Under the pieces are notes generated by a model. That model was not told the DNA's origin. It worked only from the letters and a program-made list of their open reading frames with translations, and made no database searches. The translations under genes were made by a program, and so were the position numbers. Shown here in pieces: positions 1-9,278 of a DNA stretch of 64,000 nt. Every line of letters begins with the position of its first letter. Position 1 is the stretch's first letter. The DNA comes from Hyphomicrobiales bacterium (GTDB taxonomy: Bacteria > Pseudomonadota > Alphaproteobacteria > Rhizobiales > RI-29): contig WGLQ01000003.1 in NCBI GenBank assembly GCA_016125495.1, positions 1-64,000 of the forward strand, written 5' to 3'.

Positions 1-44
1 CCCCACCACACGGTCGCACCCGCTCGCACCCGCTCCTACCGCCG

Positions 45-998
45 TCAGCCGCCCTCGCGCGCCGCACGCACCGCCTTCAGAACCCCGACGATGGCGCGGT
101 CGCGCTCGGCGGCCATGTCCTTGAAATGGCGGTCGCCGGCAATCGCGTTGCAGCCATCGACCATGCGATTGCGCAATTCGGCGGTCAGCTCCGGCGCCTC
201 GAGCCGGGTCCAGGGCAGTTTGAGCGCCGGCCCGAACTGGTCGAGGTTGGTGGCCATGCCGCCGGCCCCGCAGGCGACGTGAAAGGCCATGCACTGGCCC
301 TGGATCGCCATGCGCGGGGCGGGCCCGTTCATCAGGGCGATGTCGATGTCTTCGGGTGTCGCCTCGCCGTTCGCCACCATGTGCAGCGCCTCGCGCCAGA
401 GGGCCTCCTGGAGGCGCGTTGCAACGAAGCCGGGCACCTCCTTTTTCATCACCAGCGGCGCCTTGCCGGCATGGGCGTAAAAATCGCGGGCCCAGGCGAC
501 CGCCTCGGGCGCGGTTCGGGCGCCGCCGATGATCTCGACCAGCGGCAGGAGATAGGGCGGATTGAAGGGATGGCCGACGATGGTGCGCTCGGGCGTTTCG
601 CAGCGGGCCTGAATGTCGGTCATCGGCAGACCGGAGGTGCTCGAGGAGATCACGACGCCAGCCGGAACGAGCCGGCCGAGCCGCTCATAGAGGTCCTGCT
701 TGATGTCGAGGCGCTCGGGGGCGCTTTCCTGGACGAACTCGGCATCGCCGACCGCTTCGGCCAGATCGTCGGTCAGCCGCAGCCGCTCGCGCGAGGCGCC
801 GGGCGCGAGGCCGAGCGCCGTCAGGCTGATCCAGGCGGTGTCGAGGACCTCCTCGAAGGCAGCGCGCTCGGCCATGGAGTGGAGATAGGCCGAGACATCG
901 TAGCCCCTCGCAAGGAAGTGGGCCGCCCAGCCCGCCCCGATCGGGCCCGCGCCGATGCTCGCCACACGCCTTACGTCCCCGGGTGCCGGTCGCGCCAT
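45..998 (-). CDS. 3-hydroxyacyl-CoA dehydrogenase family protein, L-carnitine dehydrogenase (LcdH)-like
   Basis: 317 aa. N-terminal Rossmann motif IGAGPIGAGWAAHFLARGYDV matches the NAD-binding signature of the LcdH/lambda-crystallin family. ATG at 998, stop at 45. GC3-rich. Confidence 0.75.
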   Translation of the reverse strand: MARPAPGDVRRVASIGAGPIGAGWAAHFLARGYDVSAYLHSMAERAAFEEVLDTAWISLTALGLAPGASRERLRLTDDLAEAVGDAEFVQESAPERLDIKQDLYERLGRLVPAGVVISSSTSGLPMTDIQARCETPERTIVGHPFNPPYLLPLVEIIGGARTAPEAVAWARDFYAHAGKAPLVMKKEVPGFVATRLQEALWREALHMVANGEATPEDIDIALMNGPAPRMAIQGQCMAFHVACGAGGMATNLDQFGPALKLPWTRLEAPELTAELRNRMVDGCNAIAGDRHFKDMAAERDRAIVGVLKAVRAAREGG

Positions 999-1025
999 GC
1001 TGGTCCCTCCGCCCCTCGATGCCCC

Positions 1026-1829
1026 TCAACGACCCTTGAACCGAGGCTCGCGCCTCTCGACGAACGCACGCACGCCCTCCTGCGCGTCCTCGGACGCGAG
1101 CATTGCGCGATAGGTCTTCATCTCGTTGGTGCGCATGCGCGCGAAAGCCTGCTCGAGCGGAACGCACTCGATGCCGCGCAGCACTTCCTTGACGGCCTGC
1201 AACGCGAGGGGGGCGGCCTTGGCGAGGTGTGAAGCCCATTCGCGCGCGGCCGCCATCAGATCGGCATGCGGCACCACCTTGTTGACGAGGCCGTAGTGGG
1301 CGGCCTCGCTGGCCGGCATCCGCCTGCCGAGCAGGAACATCTCCATGGCGATGTTGTGCGGCACACGGCGGGGGAGGCGCTGGAGGGCACCGGCGTCGGG
1401 GACGATGCCGAGCGGCAGCTCGGGTAAAGCGAACTGGACATGCTCGGAGGCGATGACGAGGTCGCAGGCCAGCGCCAGCTCGAAACCGCCGCCGATGGCG
1501 AGCCCGTTGAGGGCGGCGATCACCGGCTTGTTGTTGTTCCAGTTCTCCGTCAGTCCGGCGAAGCCGCCATCGCCGTAGTCGCCGACCTCCCACCAGTTGT
1601 CGAGCTGCGTGCCGTCCGCCTCGAGTGATTTGAGATCCCATCCCGCCGAGAAAATGCGATCGCCGCGCGCGGTCAGGATCGCCACGCGCAGTTCTGGATC
1701 GTCGCGCAATTCGGCGAATGCGGCACCAAGCTCGCGGCTCATCTCGTGATCGATGGCGTTGACCTTGGGCTTGTCGAGCGTCACCTCGAGCACATGGCCA
1801 TTGCGCCTCACCTCGACGTACTGGCCCAT
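1026..1829 (-). CDS. caiD: enoyl-CoA hydratase/isomerase (crotonase), carnitinyl-CoA dehydratase CaiD-like
   Basis: 267 aa. Collinear similarity to E. coli CaiD across the whole length (HVLEVTLDKPKVNAID, FSAGWDLK, GGFAGLTE, GGGFELALACD, SEDAQEGVRAFVERREPRFKGR at the C-terminus). Only the C-terminal 267 codons of the 838-aa track ORF are credible. Confidence 0.75.
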   Translation of the reverse strand: MGQYVEVRRNGHVLEVTLDKPKVNAIDHEMSRELGAAFAELRDDPELRVAILTARGDRIFSAGWDLKSLEADGTQLDNWWEVGDYGDGGFAGLTENWNNNKPVIAALNGLAIGGGFELALACDLVIASEHVQFALPELPLGIVPDAGALQRLPRRVPHNIAMEMFLLGRRMPASEAAHYGLVNKVVPHADLMAAAREWASHLAKAAPLALQAVKEVLRGIECVPLEQAFARMRTNEMKTYRAMLASEDAQEGVRAFVERREPRFKGR

Positions 1830-2065
1830 CGACACCCACTCCATGCGTTGCAGCCGGGCCGGCCGAAGCCCTTCGCATGGCGGTCGGCCGGCGCGACGAT
1901 CCATCACCGTGGCCAACAGTCGGGCAACGGCGCCGACCGCATTGCGGAGAATTCGTCTCGATCTGTCATTTTTTGGAATGCGCCGGCGCTGGCTGCCCGG
2001 CGCCCCGGCGAGGGCCCACCACGGCCGTGGCACCCTGCGGGACCGCCGAGGAACCGGGAGACGTC

Positions 2066-2089
2066 GTCCGGGCGCGCTGGCGCCCGGAC
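2066..2089 (-). terminator. perfect 10-bp stem / 4-nt loop hairpin immediately downstream of aioA stop (no U-tract)
   Basis: GTCCGGGCGC-GCTG-GCGCCCGGAC read directly. Lies 25 bp after the aioA stop codon on the minus strand. High-GC hairpin without T-run, so it may be an attenuating or processing hairpin rather than a strict intrinsic terminator. Confidence 0.35.
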
Positions 2090-2113
2090 GGTTCTTCGTA
2101 GAGGGCCAGCCGA

Positions 2114-4579
2114 TCAGCCGGCGGTGTATTCCTTCGACTTGAAGGAGAGGTGCGCGATCGCCGCCGGGGCGTCCGAAATCTTGCGGATGTTGCCCCAGGT
2201 CTGCTTGTAGTTCGGCAGGATCAGCTCGTTGACACCGGCGTTGATGACGTTGCCCTGCGTGCCGGTCGGCGCGCCGAACAGCATGAAGGTCTCGCCGCGC
2301 TTTGCGGTCGGCGTCGGGTAGGCCATGGCCTGCGTCGCACCGACGTCGTTGTAGACCTCGACGAGATCGCCCGCCTTCAGGCCGAGTTCCGCCATGTCGT
2401 CCGGATTGATCTCCAGGAACGGATAGGGATAGCGGTCGGAGACGAAGTCGTTGTCCTTGTCGAGGAACCAGTTCTGCCAGTTGATGTTTGAGCGGCCGTT
2501 GTTGATCAGGAAGCGGTGGCCCGCCTTCTGTGCCGCCTTGCCCGGCGCCTGCAGCCCGCGCCAGCCACCGCCGCAGAAGAGGGCCTTCTTGTCCTGGCGA
2601 CCGTGACGCGTGAAGTTGCCGTCCGTGTAGAGCCGCTTGGTGCCGACCAGCTGGCCGTTCGCGAAACCGACGACCGGCTCCTGGACGCCATTGTTGCCCA
2701 TGGCGCGCAGGCGCTCGTAGGTCACCTCCGGATTGCCCTTGTTGTAGCCGTCCATGAAGGCGTCTTCCTCGCTCGACCAGTCGTAGCCCTTGAACTGGTC
2801 GGCGTATTCGTTGCGCCCTTCCTCGCGCAGCACGCGCTCGAGGTGTTGGGCAAGACCGGCCGCGATGAGGCAATCCGGTTTCGCCGAGCCGGGACCGTCC
2901 ATGTATTTCTCGACCAAGCGCATGCGCCGCTCGCCGTTCATGGAGGTCAGATTCATCTCCCCGGATTCGACCGCCGGGAGGATGACATGCGCGCCTTGAC
3001 CGATCTGGGTGTGGATGATGTCGACGTTGACGGAGAACAACCCACCCGCTTCGATCGCACCGACGATCGCATCGACCAGTTCCTCGCGCGTCGCGCCGGC
3101 ACGGGCGTCCATGGCCTCCTTGACCATGTTCGTGCGCCGGTTGTAGACGCGCTTGAACTCGACGGCGTTCAACGTCGTCTTGTAATGGTCGTTCGCCCAG
3201 ATGTGGTGAACCTTGCCGCGCCCGGCGATGATGAGCTGGTCGAGGTAGGGAGCCGGGCGCCCGACATGGGCGTCGGAGGGACGAAAATACCCCTCCTGGT
3301 GACCGCCGAGGCGGCAGACGCCACCGCCCTCGCGACCGATGTTGCCGGTGGCGAGGCCGATGTTCACAAGCGCGCCGATCGTGCGGTAGTTGTCGTTGCC
3401 CCAGATGATGCCCTTTTCGTAGGCCGTGACGCACTTGCGGCGCCGGCCGTCGATCGGCTCGGCGATCCAGGCGGCCGCCTTCATGATGTCGGCCTCGGAA
3501 ACGCCGCAGATCCCGGCCGCCTCGGCGAGCGACATGCGGCACTCGGCCTTGGCCATCTCGAAGGAGCCGAGTGGGGAGGGGAACTGTTCGTTCTGGGGTT
3601 GCGCGACATCCCCCTGGAAGGTGGATTTGGCGATGAAGTCGCTGTCGACCCAGCCCTTCTCGACGATGTGCGTGAAAATGGCGTTGAAGAGCGCGAGGTC
3701 GGTGCCCGAGGCGATCGCCAGGTGGAGGACGTTGTCCTTGCCCGCCTCGATCTCGGCGGCATTGACGGAGACGGTGCGGCGCGGGTCGACGAAGATGACC
3801 TTGGCGCCCTTGCGCATCCCGGGAACCATGTGGTTGAGGAACAAATTCGTCTGCGTTTCGAGCGGGTTCGCACCGACGATCATGATCGTATCGGTGAGAC
3901 CGTAGTCCTCGTAGGCGTAGTTCAGCTCGTCGACGCCCATGTCGCGGCTCGAGTGAACCTCGGAGTTGTAGGCCGGGCGGTTGTGGATGCGGCAGTTCTT
4001 GACCTTCATGGATTGGAAATAGAGCTTGCCGGTGCCCCAGGTGTTCTCATAGCCGCCGGCCGAGCCGCCGTGGTCGAACATGGAGACGAAAAGGTCGTCC
4101 TCGTCGTCCTTGTCGATGACGCGGGCGGTGACGCGGGCAACGAGGTCGAGCGCGTCGTCCCAACTCGTCGGCTGCCACGTGCCATAGCGCCAGACCATCG
4201 GCTCGGCGAGGCGCTGCTGCTGCGTGCCGGTGATGTCGGAGCGCCGGTTCTCCGCCATGCGGGCGCCGCGCACGGAGCCGAGGCCGGAGTTCACGGTGCA
4301 GCCCTGATCCGGCTTGATGACGAGGTGGACGTCGCGGCCGTTCTGCTTGACGACGTTGTACATCGAGGGAGCGTACCAGGCGTCCGTCTCGGCGCCCTGC
4401 TGGCGCGAGAGATCGGCGCCGAGTGCGTTCTCACCGGGTGCCGTGCCGCCCTGCTTGTTCACCGGCCAAGTGTAGGCGTGATAGCCGCAGCCGACGATGC
4501 AGTAGTGGCAGGTGACGTTGTGCTTCTTGGCGTCCGCCGGAATGATGGGCAAACGGTCCACGTGTCGCTTATAAGCCAT
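2114..4579 (-). CDS. aioA: arsenite oxidase large (molybdopterin) subunit AioA
   Basis: 821 aa. N-terminal 3Fe-4S motif CHYCIVGCGY. Long collinear identity to Alcaligenes/NT-26 AioA (NRPAYNSE, YEKGIIWGNDNY, GGHQEGY, EMNLTSMNGERR, MLFG). GGAGG RBS 6 nt before ATG at 4579. Confidence 0.95.
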   Translation of the reverse strand: MAYKRHVDRLPIIPADAKKHNVTCHYCIVGCGYHAYTWPVNKQGGTAPGENALGADLSRQQGAETDAWYAPSMYNVVKQNGRDVHLVIKPDQGCTVNSGLGSVRGARMAENRRSDITGTQQQRLAEPMVWRYGTWQPTSWDDALDLVARVTARVIDKDDEDDLFVSMFDHGGSAGGYENTWGTGKLYFQSMKVKNCRIHNRPAYNSEVHSSRDMGVDELNYAYEDYGLTDTIMIVGANPLETQTNLFLNHMVPGMRKGAKVIFVDPRRTVSVNAAEIEAGKDNVLHLAIASGTDLALFNAIFTHIVEKGWVDSDFIAKSTFQGDVAQPQNEQFPSPLGSFEMAKAECRMSLAEAAGICGVSEADIMKAAAWIAEPIDGRRRKCVTAYEKGIIWGNDNYRTIGALVNIGLATGNIGREGGGVCRLGGHQEGYFRPSDAHVGRPAPYLDQLIIAGRGKVHHIWANDHYKTTLNAVEFKRVYNRRTNMVKEAMDARAGATREELVDAIVGAIEAGGLFSVNVDIIHTQIGQGAHVILPAVESGEMNLTSMNGERRMRLVEKYMDGPGSAKPDCLIAAGLAQHLERVLREEGRNEYADQFKGYDWSSEEDAFMDGYNKGNPEVTYERLRAMGNNGVQEPVVGFANGQLVGTKRLYTDGNFTRHGRQDKKALFCGGGWRGLQAPGKAAQKAGHRFLINNGRSNINWQNWFLDKDNDFVSDRYPYPFLEINPDDMAELGLKAGDLVEVYNDVGATQAMAYPTPTAKRGETFMLFGAPTGTQGNVINAGVNELILPNYKQTWGNIRKISDAPAAIAHLSFKSKEYTAG

Positions 4580-4590
4580 TTCATCCTCCC

Positions 4591-5112
4591 TCAGAGCACG
4601 TTCGACAGGCGACCGTAGAGCAGCTCATCGACGCCTTCGGCATAGATGTCGCCCTTGTCGTCCACGCGGAGCATGTATTGCGGGAGGTTCTGGGTTGCCT
4701 GTCCCCAAACCTGCATGCCGCCGGCCTCGCAATCGAAGACCGAGTAATGGCCGGGGCAGTTGAGCGTGCGGCGCTCGGCGTTGTAGCTCAGCGGAAAGCC
4801 CTTGTGCGGGCAAACGGTGGAAAATCCGACGATGTCACCGTCGGGGCCGACACCACCCTCGATCCGCTTTCCGAGCTTCATCACGACGCCCGGCGCATCG
4901 GCATCGGGATAGGCGACTTCGAGCGGCTCGTCGGCCTTGAGGTCGGCCAAATTGGCGAGCCTCGTGACCGGATACTCGACGAGCGCGCTCGCCACCTTCG
5001 CCTCGGCCCGCGCCGGCAGCATGGTGGCAGCCGCGGCGCCCGCCGTCGCGAGTGCGCCGCCTCTCAGGAACTGGCGCCGGCCGAGATCGACCAGCTTGTT
5101 GCAACCCTTCAT
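4591..5112 (-). CDS. aioB: arsenite oxidase small Rieske subunit AioB (Tat-exported)
   Basis: 173 aa. Twin-arginine motif RRQFLRG. Rieske ligands CPHKG...CPGHYS. Sits 12 bp upstream of aioA. GGAGGAG RBS. Confidence 0.9.
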   Translation of the reverse strand: MKGCNKLVDLGRRQFLRGGALATAGAAAATMLPARAEAKVASALVEYPVTRLANLADLKADEPLEVAYPDADAPGVVMKLGKRIEGGVGPDGDIVGFSTVCPHKGFPLSYNAERRTLNCPGHYSVFDCEAGGMQVWGQATQNLPQYMLRVDDKGDIYAEGVDELLYGRLSNVL

Positions 5113-5159
5113 GGATGTCTCCTCCAGATCGGCCCGTTGGTTCGGGTCGAGCGGAGAAG

Positions 5160-5176
5160 AGCAACCGGCGTGCCAA
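5160..5176 (-). promoter_or_regulatory. sigma-54 (RpoN) -24/-12 promoter of aioBA
   Basis: Minus-strand sequence TGGCACGCCGGTTGCT gives TGGCAC-N5-TTGCT, a perfect match to the consensus. It lies about 45 bp upstream of the aioB ATG and downstream of the NtrC-family aioR, consistent with known AioR/RpoN control of aioBA. Confidence 0.75.
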
Positions 5177-5217
5177 GGTTAACATCCCCCTATGCGTCTG
5201 ATTTCACGTATTTTTAT

Positions 5218-5285
5218 TTTCCGGAAGGGTCGACGACGTTCGATTTTCCGGACATTCGCGGCAGGGGGTGTCCGGAAATCCGAAC
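5218..5285 (-). promoter_or_regulatory. candidate AioR upstream activator sites: three TCCGGA palindromic cores (5220-5225, 5247-5252, 5271-5276) including GTCCG-N6-CGAAC
   Basis: TTCCGGAA, TTCCGGAC and GTCCGGAA spaced 27 and 24 bp. The second and third form an inverted repeat TTCCGGAC-N16-GTCCGGAA. They sit about 60-125 bp upstream of the -24 element, the usual distance for an enhancer-binding protein. The resemblance to a GTYCG-N6-CGRAC motif reported upstream of aioBA in other genomes is from memory. Confidence 0.4.
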
Positions 5286-5303
5286 GGGCGGGCGGCTCGA
5301 ATT

Positions 5304-6632
5304 TCAATCGCTGGACGAGATGGCGAGCCGCTTCATCTTCTCCCAAAGCGTGGTGCGCGAGACGCCCAACAGCTCGGCCGCGTCGGTGGCATTGCCAGCG
5401 GTCGCGGCAAGGGCCCGCTCGATCTGACGCCGCTCGGCCCGGGCACGCACCTCGGCGAGGGTCAAGAACTGCTCGCCGGACGCACCCTGAGCATTCGCGG
5501 ACCCGTCGGGAAAGAGATCGGCGGGCATGATCCATTCACCAGCCGCAAGGGCCACCGCACGCTCGACCCGATTGCGAAGCTCGCGCACGTTGCCCGGCCA
5601 ATCGTGTTCGTGAGCCATCTCGAGTGCCGTCGAGGTGAACCCGCGCAGGCGCGACTGATAGTGCTCGTTGAAGGCCTCGAAGAAGTGGCGGAGCAGGCCC
5701 TCGATATCTTCCCTGCGCTCGGCGAGCGGGGGGATGCGAACCTCGATCGTGTTGATGCGGTGATAGAGGTCGGGGCGGAAGGCGCCGGTCACCACGGCCT
5801 CGGCGAGGTCGCTGTTGGAGGCGCAGACGAGCCGAGCATCGAAGCGCAGAGGCCGTTCCCCACCGACCCGCGTGAACGAGCGCACTTCGACGAGGCGCAG
5901 CAGCTTTGCCTGAAGCGCAAGCGGCATCTCGCCGATCTCATCGAGGAAAAGAATTCCGGAACCGGCGCGCTCGGCGTAACCCTTGTGGGAGGCGTGGGCG
6001 CCAGTGAAGGCACCGCGCTCGTGGCCGAAAATCTCGCTCTCCATGAGATCGGCGGGCAGCGCCGCGCAATTGACGGCAACGAAGGGCTGGTCGGCGCGCA
6101 CGCTGGCCGAGTGCAGGAACGCGGCCGCGACCTCCTTGCCGCTTCCTGTCGGGCCGCAAAGGAGCACCGCGCTCGGCAGATCGGCGACCCGCAGCAAGAG
6201 CGCCTCGACCTGGCGCATCGCCGGCGATGCGCCCATGGTGCCGGCGCCGGGCGTAGCGGCGCAGGCCGGCGCGAGCGCATTTACGCGATCCAGGAGGTTT
6301 TCCATGTCGAAGGGCTTGGTGATGTAGTCGCTCGCGCCGGCCCGCAGGAGACCGACCGCCTCGTCGATCGTGCCGTATGCGGTCATGAACAGGAAGGGCG
6401 GCACGGCCTGACGAGAGGATATCTCGCAGTAGAGGTCGGCGCCCGAGCCGTCTGGAAGCCGGATGTCGCAGATGACGATGTCGGGGCAATTGGCCGCGAG
6501 CCCGCGGCGGGCCTCGCTGCCGTCGCGCCACCACTTCACGCGGGCACCCTCGAGGCGCAGCGCCTGCCAGAGGCTCTCGCCCATGATCGGGTCGTCCTCG
6601 ATGAGCGCGATCGAGCGTCCCTCAAGCAACAT
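5304..6632 (-). CDS. aioR: sigma-54-dependent response regulator AioR (NtrC family)
   Basis: 442 aa. Receiver domain (DIVICDIRLPDGSG), AAA+ sigma-54 interaction domain (GPTGSGKE, GAFTGA, ESELFGHE-like), C-terminal HTH. Overlaps the aioS stop. Confidence 0.9.
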   Translation of the reverse strand: MLLEGRSIALIEDDPIMGESLWQALRLEGARVKWWRDGSEARRGLAANCPDIVICDIRLPDGSGADLYCEISSRQAVPPFLFMTAYGTIDEAVGLLRAGASDYITKPFDMENLLDRVNALAPACAATPGAGTMGASPAMRQVEALLLRVADLPSAVLLCGPTGSGKEVAAAFLHSASVRADQPFVAVNCAALPADLMESEIFGHERGAFTGAHASHKGYAERAGSGILFLDEIGEMPLALQAKLLRLVEVRSFTRVGGERPLRFDARLVCASNSDLAEAVVTGAFRPDLYHRINTIEVRIPPLAERREDIEGLLRHFFEAFNEHYQSRLRGFTSTALEMAHEHDWPGNVRELRNRVERAVALAAGEWIMPADLFPDGSANAQGASGEQFLTLAEVRARAERRQIERALAATAGNATDAAELLGVSRTTLWEKMKRLAISSSD

Positions 6633-8121
6633 CCGAAAACTCCTGCTCGACCTTGCTGCCCAGGGCCGAGGCGCCCTGCGGGAACCACATCGTGATCATC
6701 GAGCCGCCGGCCGGACGTGCCTCGACCTCGATCCGTCCGCGCGCCTCGAACAAGAGCCGCTTGACGATCCAGAGTCCGAGGCCGCCCTCCTGGTCGACCG
6801 GCAGCCCGGCGCGCGCGCGGTCCTCGAGGAAGGCGCACAAGGGGGCGGGCATGCCGGGTCCCTGGTCGCTCACGCGCACAACCAGCATGCCATCCCGGCG
6901 CTCGGCGGAAAAGCCGATGGTTGCTCCCTTCGGCGAGGCCGCGCAGGCGTTCAACAACAGGTTGAGGGTGGCGTCGCGCACGGCATGGGCTGGAACGCGG
7001 AGCCTCTCGTCCAGGCCGTTGTGCCAGTCGAGCTGCAGGCCACGGCGGCGCAACTCCGGGCGTATGAGAACGGCGATATCGTCGAGATGCGCCGGGCTGA
7101 GGGCCTGCTGGTCGTGCCCGGCACGGTAGGTCGCGAGTGTCGAGCGCACGACATTGCGGATGCCGAGAAGGCCCCGCTCGATGAGGCTCGCCGAACCGAC
7201 ACGCACGTCCGCCCGCTCGCCGTGACGTTTCAGGGTCTGCAGGGCGTTGAGCATACCGCCGAGCGGGTTGTTGATCTCGTGGGCCATGCCGGAGGCCAGG
7301 CGACCAAGGGCGGCGAGGCGCTCCTCCTCGGCAAGGCGGCTCAACAGCTTCTCGCGTTCGGCGACGCTGTCGACCAGCGAGTTGTAGTTGCGGAACAGGC
7401 GGCCGAATTCGCTCCTGGGCTGGCCGAGCTGATGCTCGGGAATCGGCGTGACCCGCCCCGAAACACCTGTATTCATGTGCTCGGCGAGAACGTCGATCGG
7501 GCGCAGCATGCGGCGCACCGCGGCATAGCCGACGATCGCGAGGAGGAGTGTCAGGAGGGCATTGGTGACGAGGAGAGTCTTCAGCACGTCCCAGCGCTCC
7601 TCGATCAGCGCGGCGATGCCGACCTCGGCGTAGATCGTCCCGACGACCCGGTTCTGGTAGACGAGGTCACGGCTCAGACCGAAGCGGCCGTCATCCTCGT
7701 CCATGCTGGCGGCGACCTCTGGCGACGAGCGCGCACGGATCGTCTCCGCCAGGGGCGACTGCAGCGGGAACTCGCGCGGCAGGCTCGAGGCGAGCACCAG
7801 CCCGTCCGGTCCGGTAACCGTGGTCCAGGCGATGTCGAGGCCCTCGTAGCGCTGGCCCGCGCGCTCGAGGACGTCATAGACCTCCCAGACGTCCTCGCGC
7901 AGCACGTGCGGCAGCACGGCCGATGAGAGGCCGTCCAGATAGGCGCCGGACAGCTCCGACAGATGGCGCTTCTGGGTCTCGACAAGGCGAACGAGCACGC
8001 GGTCGCTGACGAGCACGCTGACGCTCAGCATGAGCAGCACGACGACCGCCGGAACACGGTAGGCGAGCGGCCAGCCGAGCGGGTTGAGACCGGTCAGCAT
8101 GCGCAGGAGCCACGGCATCAT
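6622..8121 (-). CDS. aioS: sensor histidine kinase AioS
   Basis: 499 aa. Two N-terminal TM helices flanking a periplasmic loop. HisKA H-box MAHEINNPLGG. HATPase_c motifs (DQGPGMP, GGLGLWIV). ATGA overlap with aioX. Confidence 0.85.
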   Translation of the reverse strand: MMPWLLRMLTGLNPLGWPLAYRVPAVVVLLMLSVSVLVSDRVLVRLVETQKRHLSELSGAYLDGLSSAVLPHVLREDVWEVYDVLERAGQRYEGLDIAWTTVTGPDGLVLASSLPREFPLQSPLAETIRARSSPEVAASMDEDDGRFGLSRDLVYQNRVVGTIYAEVGIAALIEERWDVLKTLLVTNALLTLLLAIVGYAAVRRMLRPIDVLAEHMNTGVSGRVTPIPEHQLGQPRSEFGRLFRNYNSLVDSVAEREKLLSRLAEEERLAALGRLASGMAHEINNPLGGMLNALQTLKRHGERADVRVGSASLIERGLLGIRNVVRSTLATYRAGHDQQALSPAHLDDIAVLIRPELRRRGLQLDWHNGLDERLRVPAHAVRDATLNLLLNACAASPKGATIGFSAERRDGMLVVRVSDQGPGMPAPLCAFLEDRARAGLPVDQEGGLGLWIVKRLLFEARGRIEVEARPAGGSMITMWFPQGASALGSKVEQEFSDVA

Positions 8122-8993
8122 CCCGCCCTCCGCACCTGTTCGAGCTTTGCCGCGATGCCGTCGAAGAGGCTCGGCGTTGCGGGCGCAAAGCCGTCGAGCC
8201 GCAGCAGACGAAGCACCTCGGCCCCGACCGGGTCGTTACTCATGTCGAGCAGTGCCTCGCGCAGGGCAATCGTCGCGCGAGCCTCGCGAAGGCGCGCCAT
8301 GCAGGCGATCGGCGGAAAGCCCAGCCAGTCGGAGCGCAGCAGAACGCGCGTGCGCCCCGCCAATTCGGGCTCGAGTTCGGCGATGACCTCCCAAACGTAG
8401 CCGTCGACGCTGCCGCTCTCGGCGAGCCCGGAAGCAACGGCGCGCACGACATTGCGATGCCCATAGGTGAAGAACGTGCGGCGAAAGAACTCCTCGGGGC
8501 GCTGGGCCCGCTCGGCCAGCGCTGCCATGGTCACCAGATAGCCGGAGTTGCTGTTGGGGTCCGAGAAGGCATGGATGTCACCCGTCAGGTCCTCGAGCCG
8601 GTCTGCCGGGCGTTCGGCGCCGACGATGACGTAGGACTGATAGAGCGGGCGCCCACGCCAGAGCGGGACGGCAACGACGGAGAGCTGTTCGCGATAGGTG
8701 ACGTAGGGGTAGCCACAAATCCAGGCTGCCGTGAGCTGCCCCGAGACGAGCAGGGAGGTGATCTCCTCGTAGGTGCGGCGCTGGACGAGCATGACCTCGC
8801 TCCCCAGCCGGCGCGCCAGATACTCCTTGAGGCGCGAGAGCAGTTCGAGATCGTTGTTCAGGAAGACCGGGGTCAGCCCGAAGCGGACCACATCAAGGCC
8901 CGCGACTGCGCGCCGAGGCGAGCCGCTCGACATCACTGCCGCCACCGCCCCTGCGACGAACAACCGCCGACTTGGCTGATTGCCAATACCCAC
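8118..8993 (-). CDS. aioX: periplasmic arsenite-binding protein AioX (PhnD/SsuA-like SBP)
   Basis: 291 aa. Signal peptide with RR (VGIGNQPSRRLFVAGAVAAV...AVA|G). Phosphonate-SBP-like fold. Position and orientation match the aioXSR signalling triad. Start is GTG at 8993 (ATG at 8933 would remove the signal peptide). Confidence 0.85.
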   Translation of the reverse strand: MGIGNQPSRRLFVAGAVAAVMSSGSPRRAVAGLDVVRFGLTPVFLNNDLELLSRLKEYLARRLGSEVMLVQRRTYEEITSLLVSGQLTAAWICGYPYVTYREQLSVVAVPLWRGRPLYQSYVIVGAERPADRLEDLTGDIHAFSDPNSNSGYLVTMAALAERAQRPEEFFRRTFFTYGHRNVVRAVASGLAESGSVDGYVWEVIAELEPELAGRTRVLLRSDWLGFPPIACMARLREARATIALREALLDMSNDPVGAEVLRLLRLDGFAPATPSLFDGIAAKLEQVRRAG

Positions 8994-9278
8994 GACGATC
9001 CTCCCATGGCGCCGCCCAACATTGCCGGTGGCGTCCCGTTGGCGGCGAGCTTACCACCGCAGGGCCGAGCAGCAAGGCGATCCGTCGGCGCCGGGCTGGC
9101 CGTGACCGGCTCGACCTGCAGACGTGGTGACACCGATGCCTTGGCCTCATGGGGAGTTCAACACCCGCATCACGAGACCGCGAGCCGCGCGATGTGGCTG
9201 CCCTTGCGGACTGGCATCATCGTCTTTGCCGGATTATTCTGGCGTCTCCATTCTGCCGCCAAAGCGAATTGGGGAACC

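Noticed and set aside
126-1232. 368-aa plus-strand ORF (and 685-1878 minus-strand 397-aa Arg-rich ORF) overlapping the LcdH-like and CaiD-like genes
   Set aside because: Antisense or alternate-frame to two well-supported genes. The composition is Arg/Gly/Pro-rich with no recognisable motifs. This is the typical high-GC open-frame artefact.
1026-3542. 838-aa minus-strand ORF spanning CaiD-like gene and running through aioA in another frame
   Set aside because: Only the last 267 codons (from MGQYVEV) match a protein family. The rest is an alternate frame of aioA.
2516-4618. 700-aa plus-strand ORF antisense to aioA
   Set aside because: Antisense to a near-certain gene. Low-complexity Ala/Val/Gly/Arg composition.
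5268-7926. 475-aa and 487-aa plus-strand ORFs antisense to aioR and aioS
   Set aside because: Antisense to genes with unambiguous domain architecture. No motifs.
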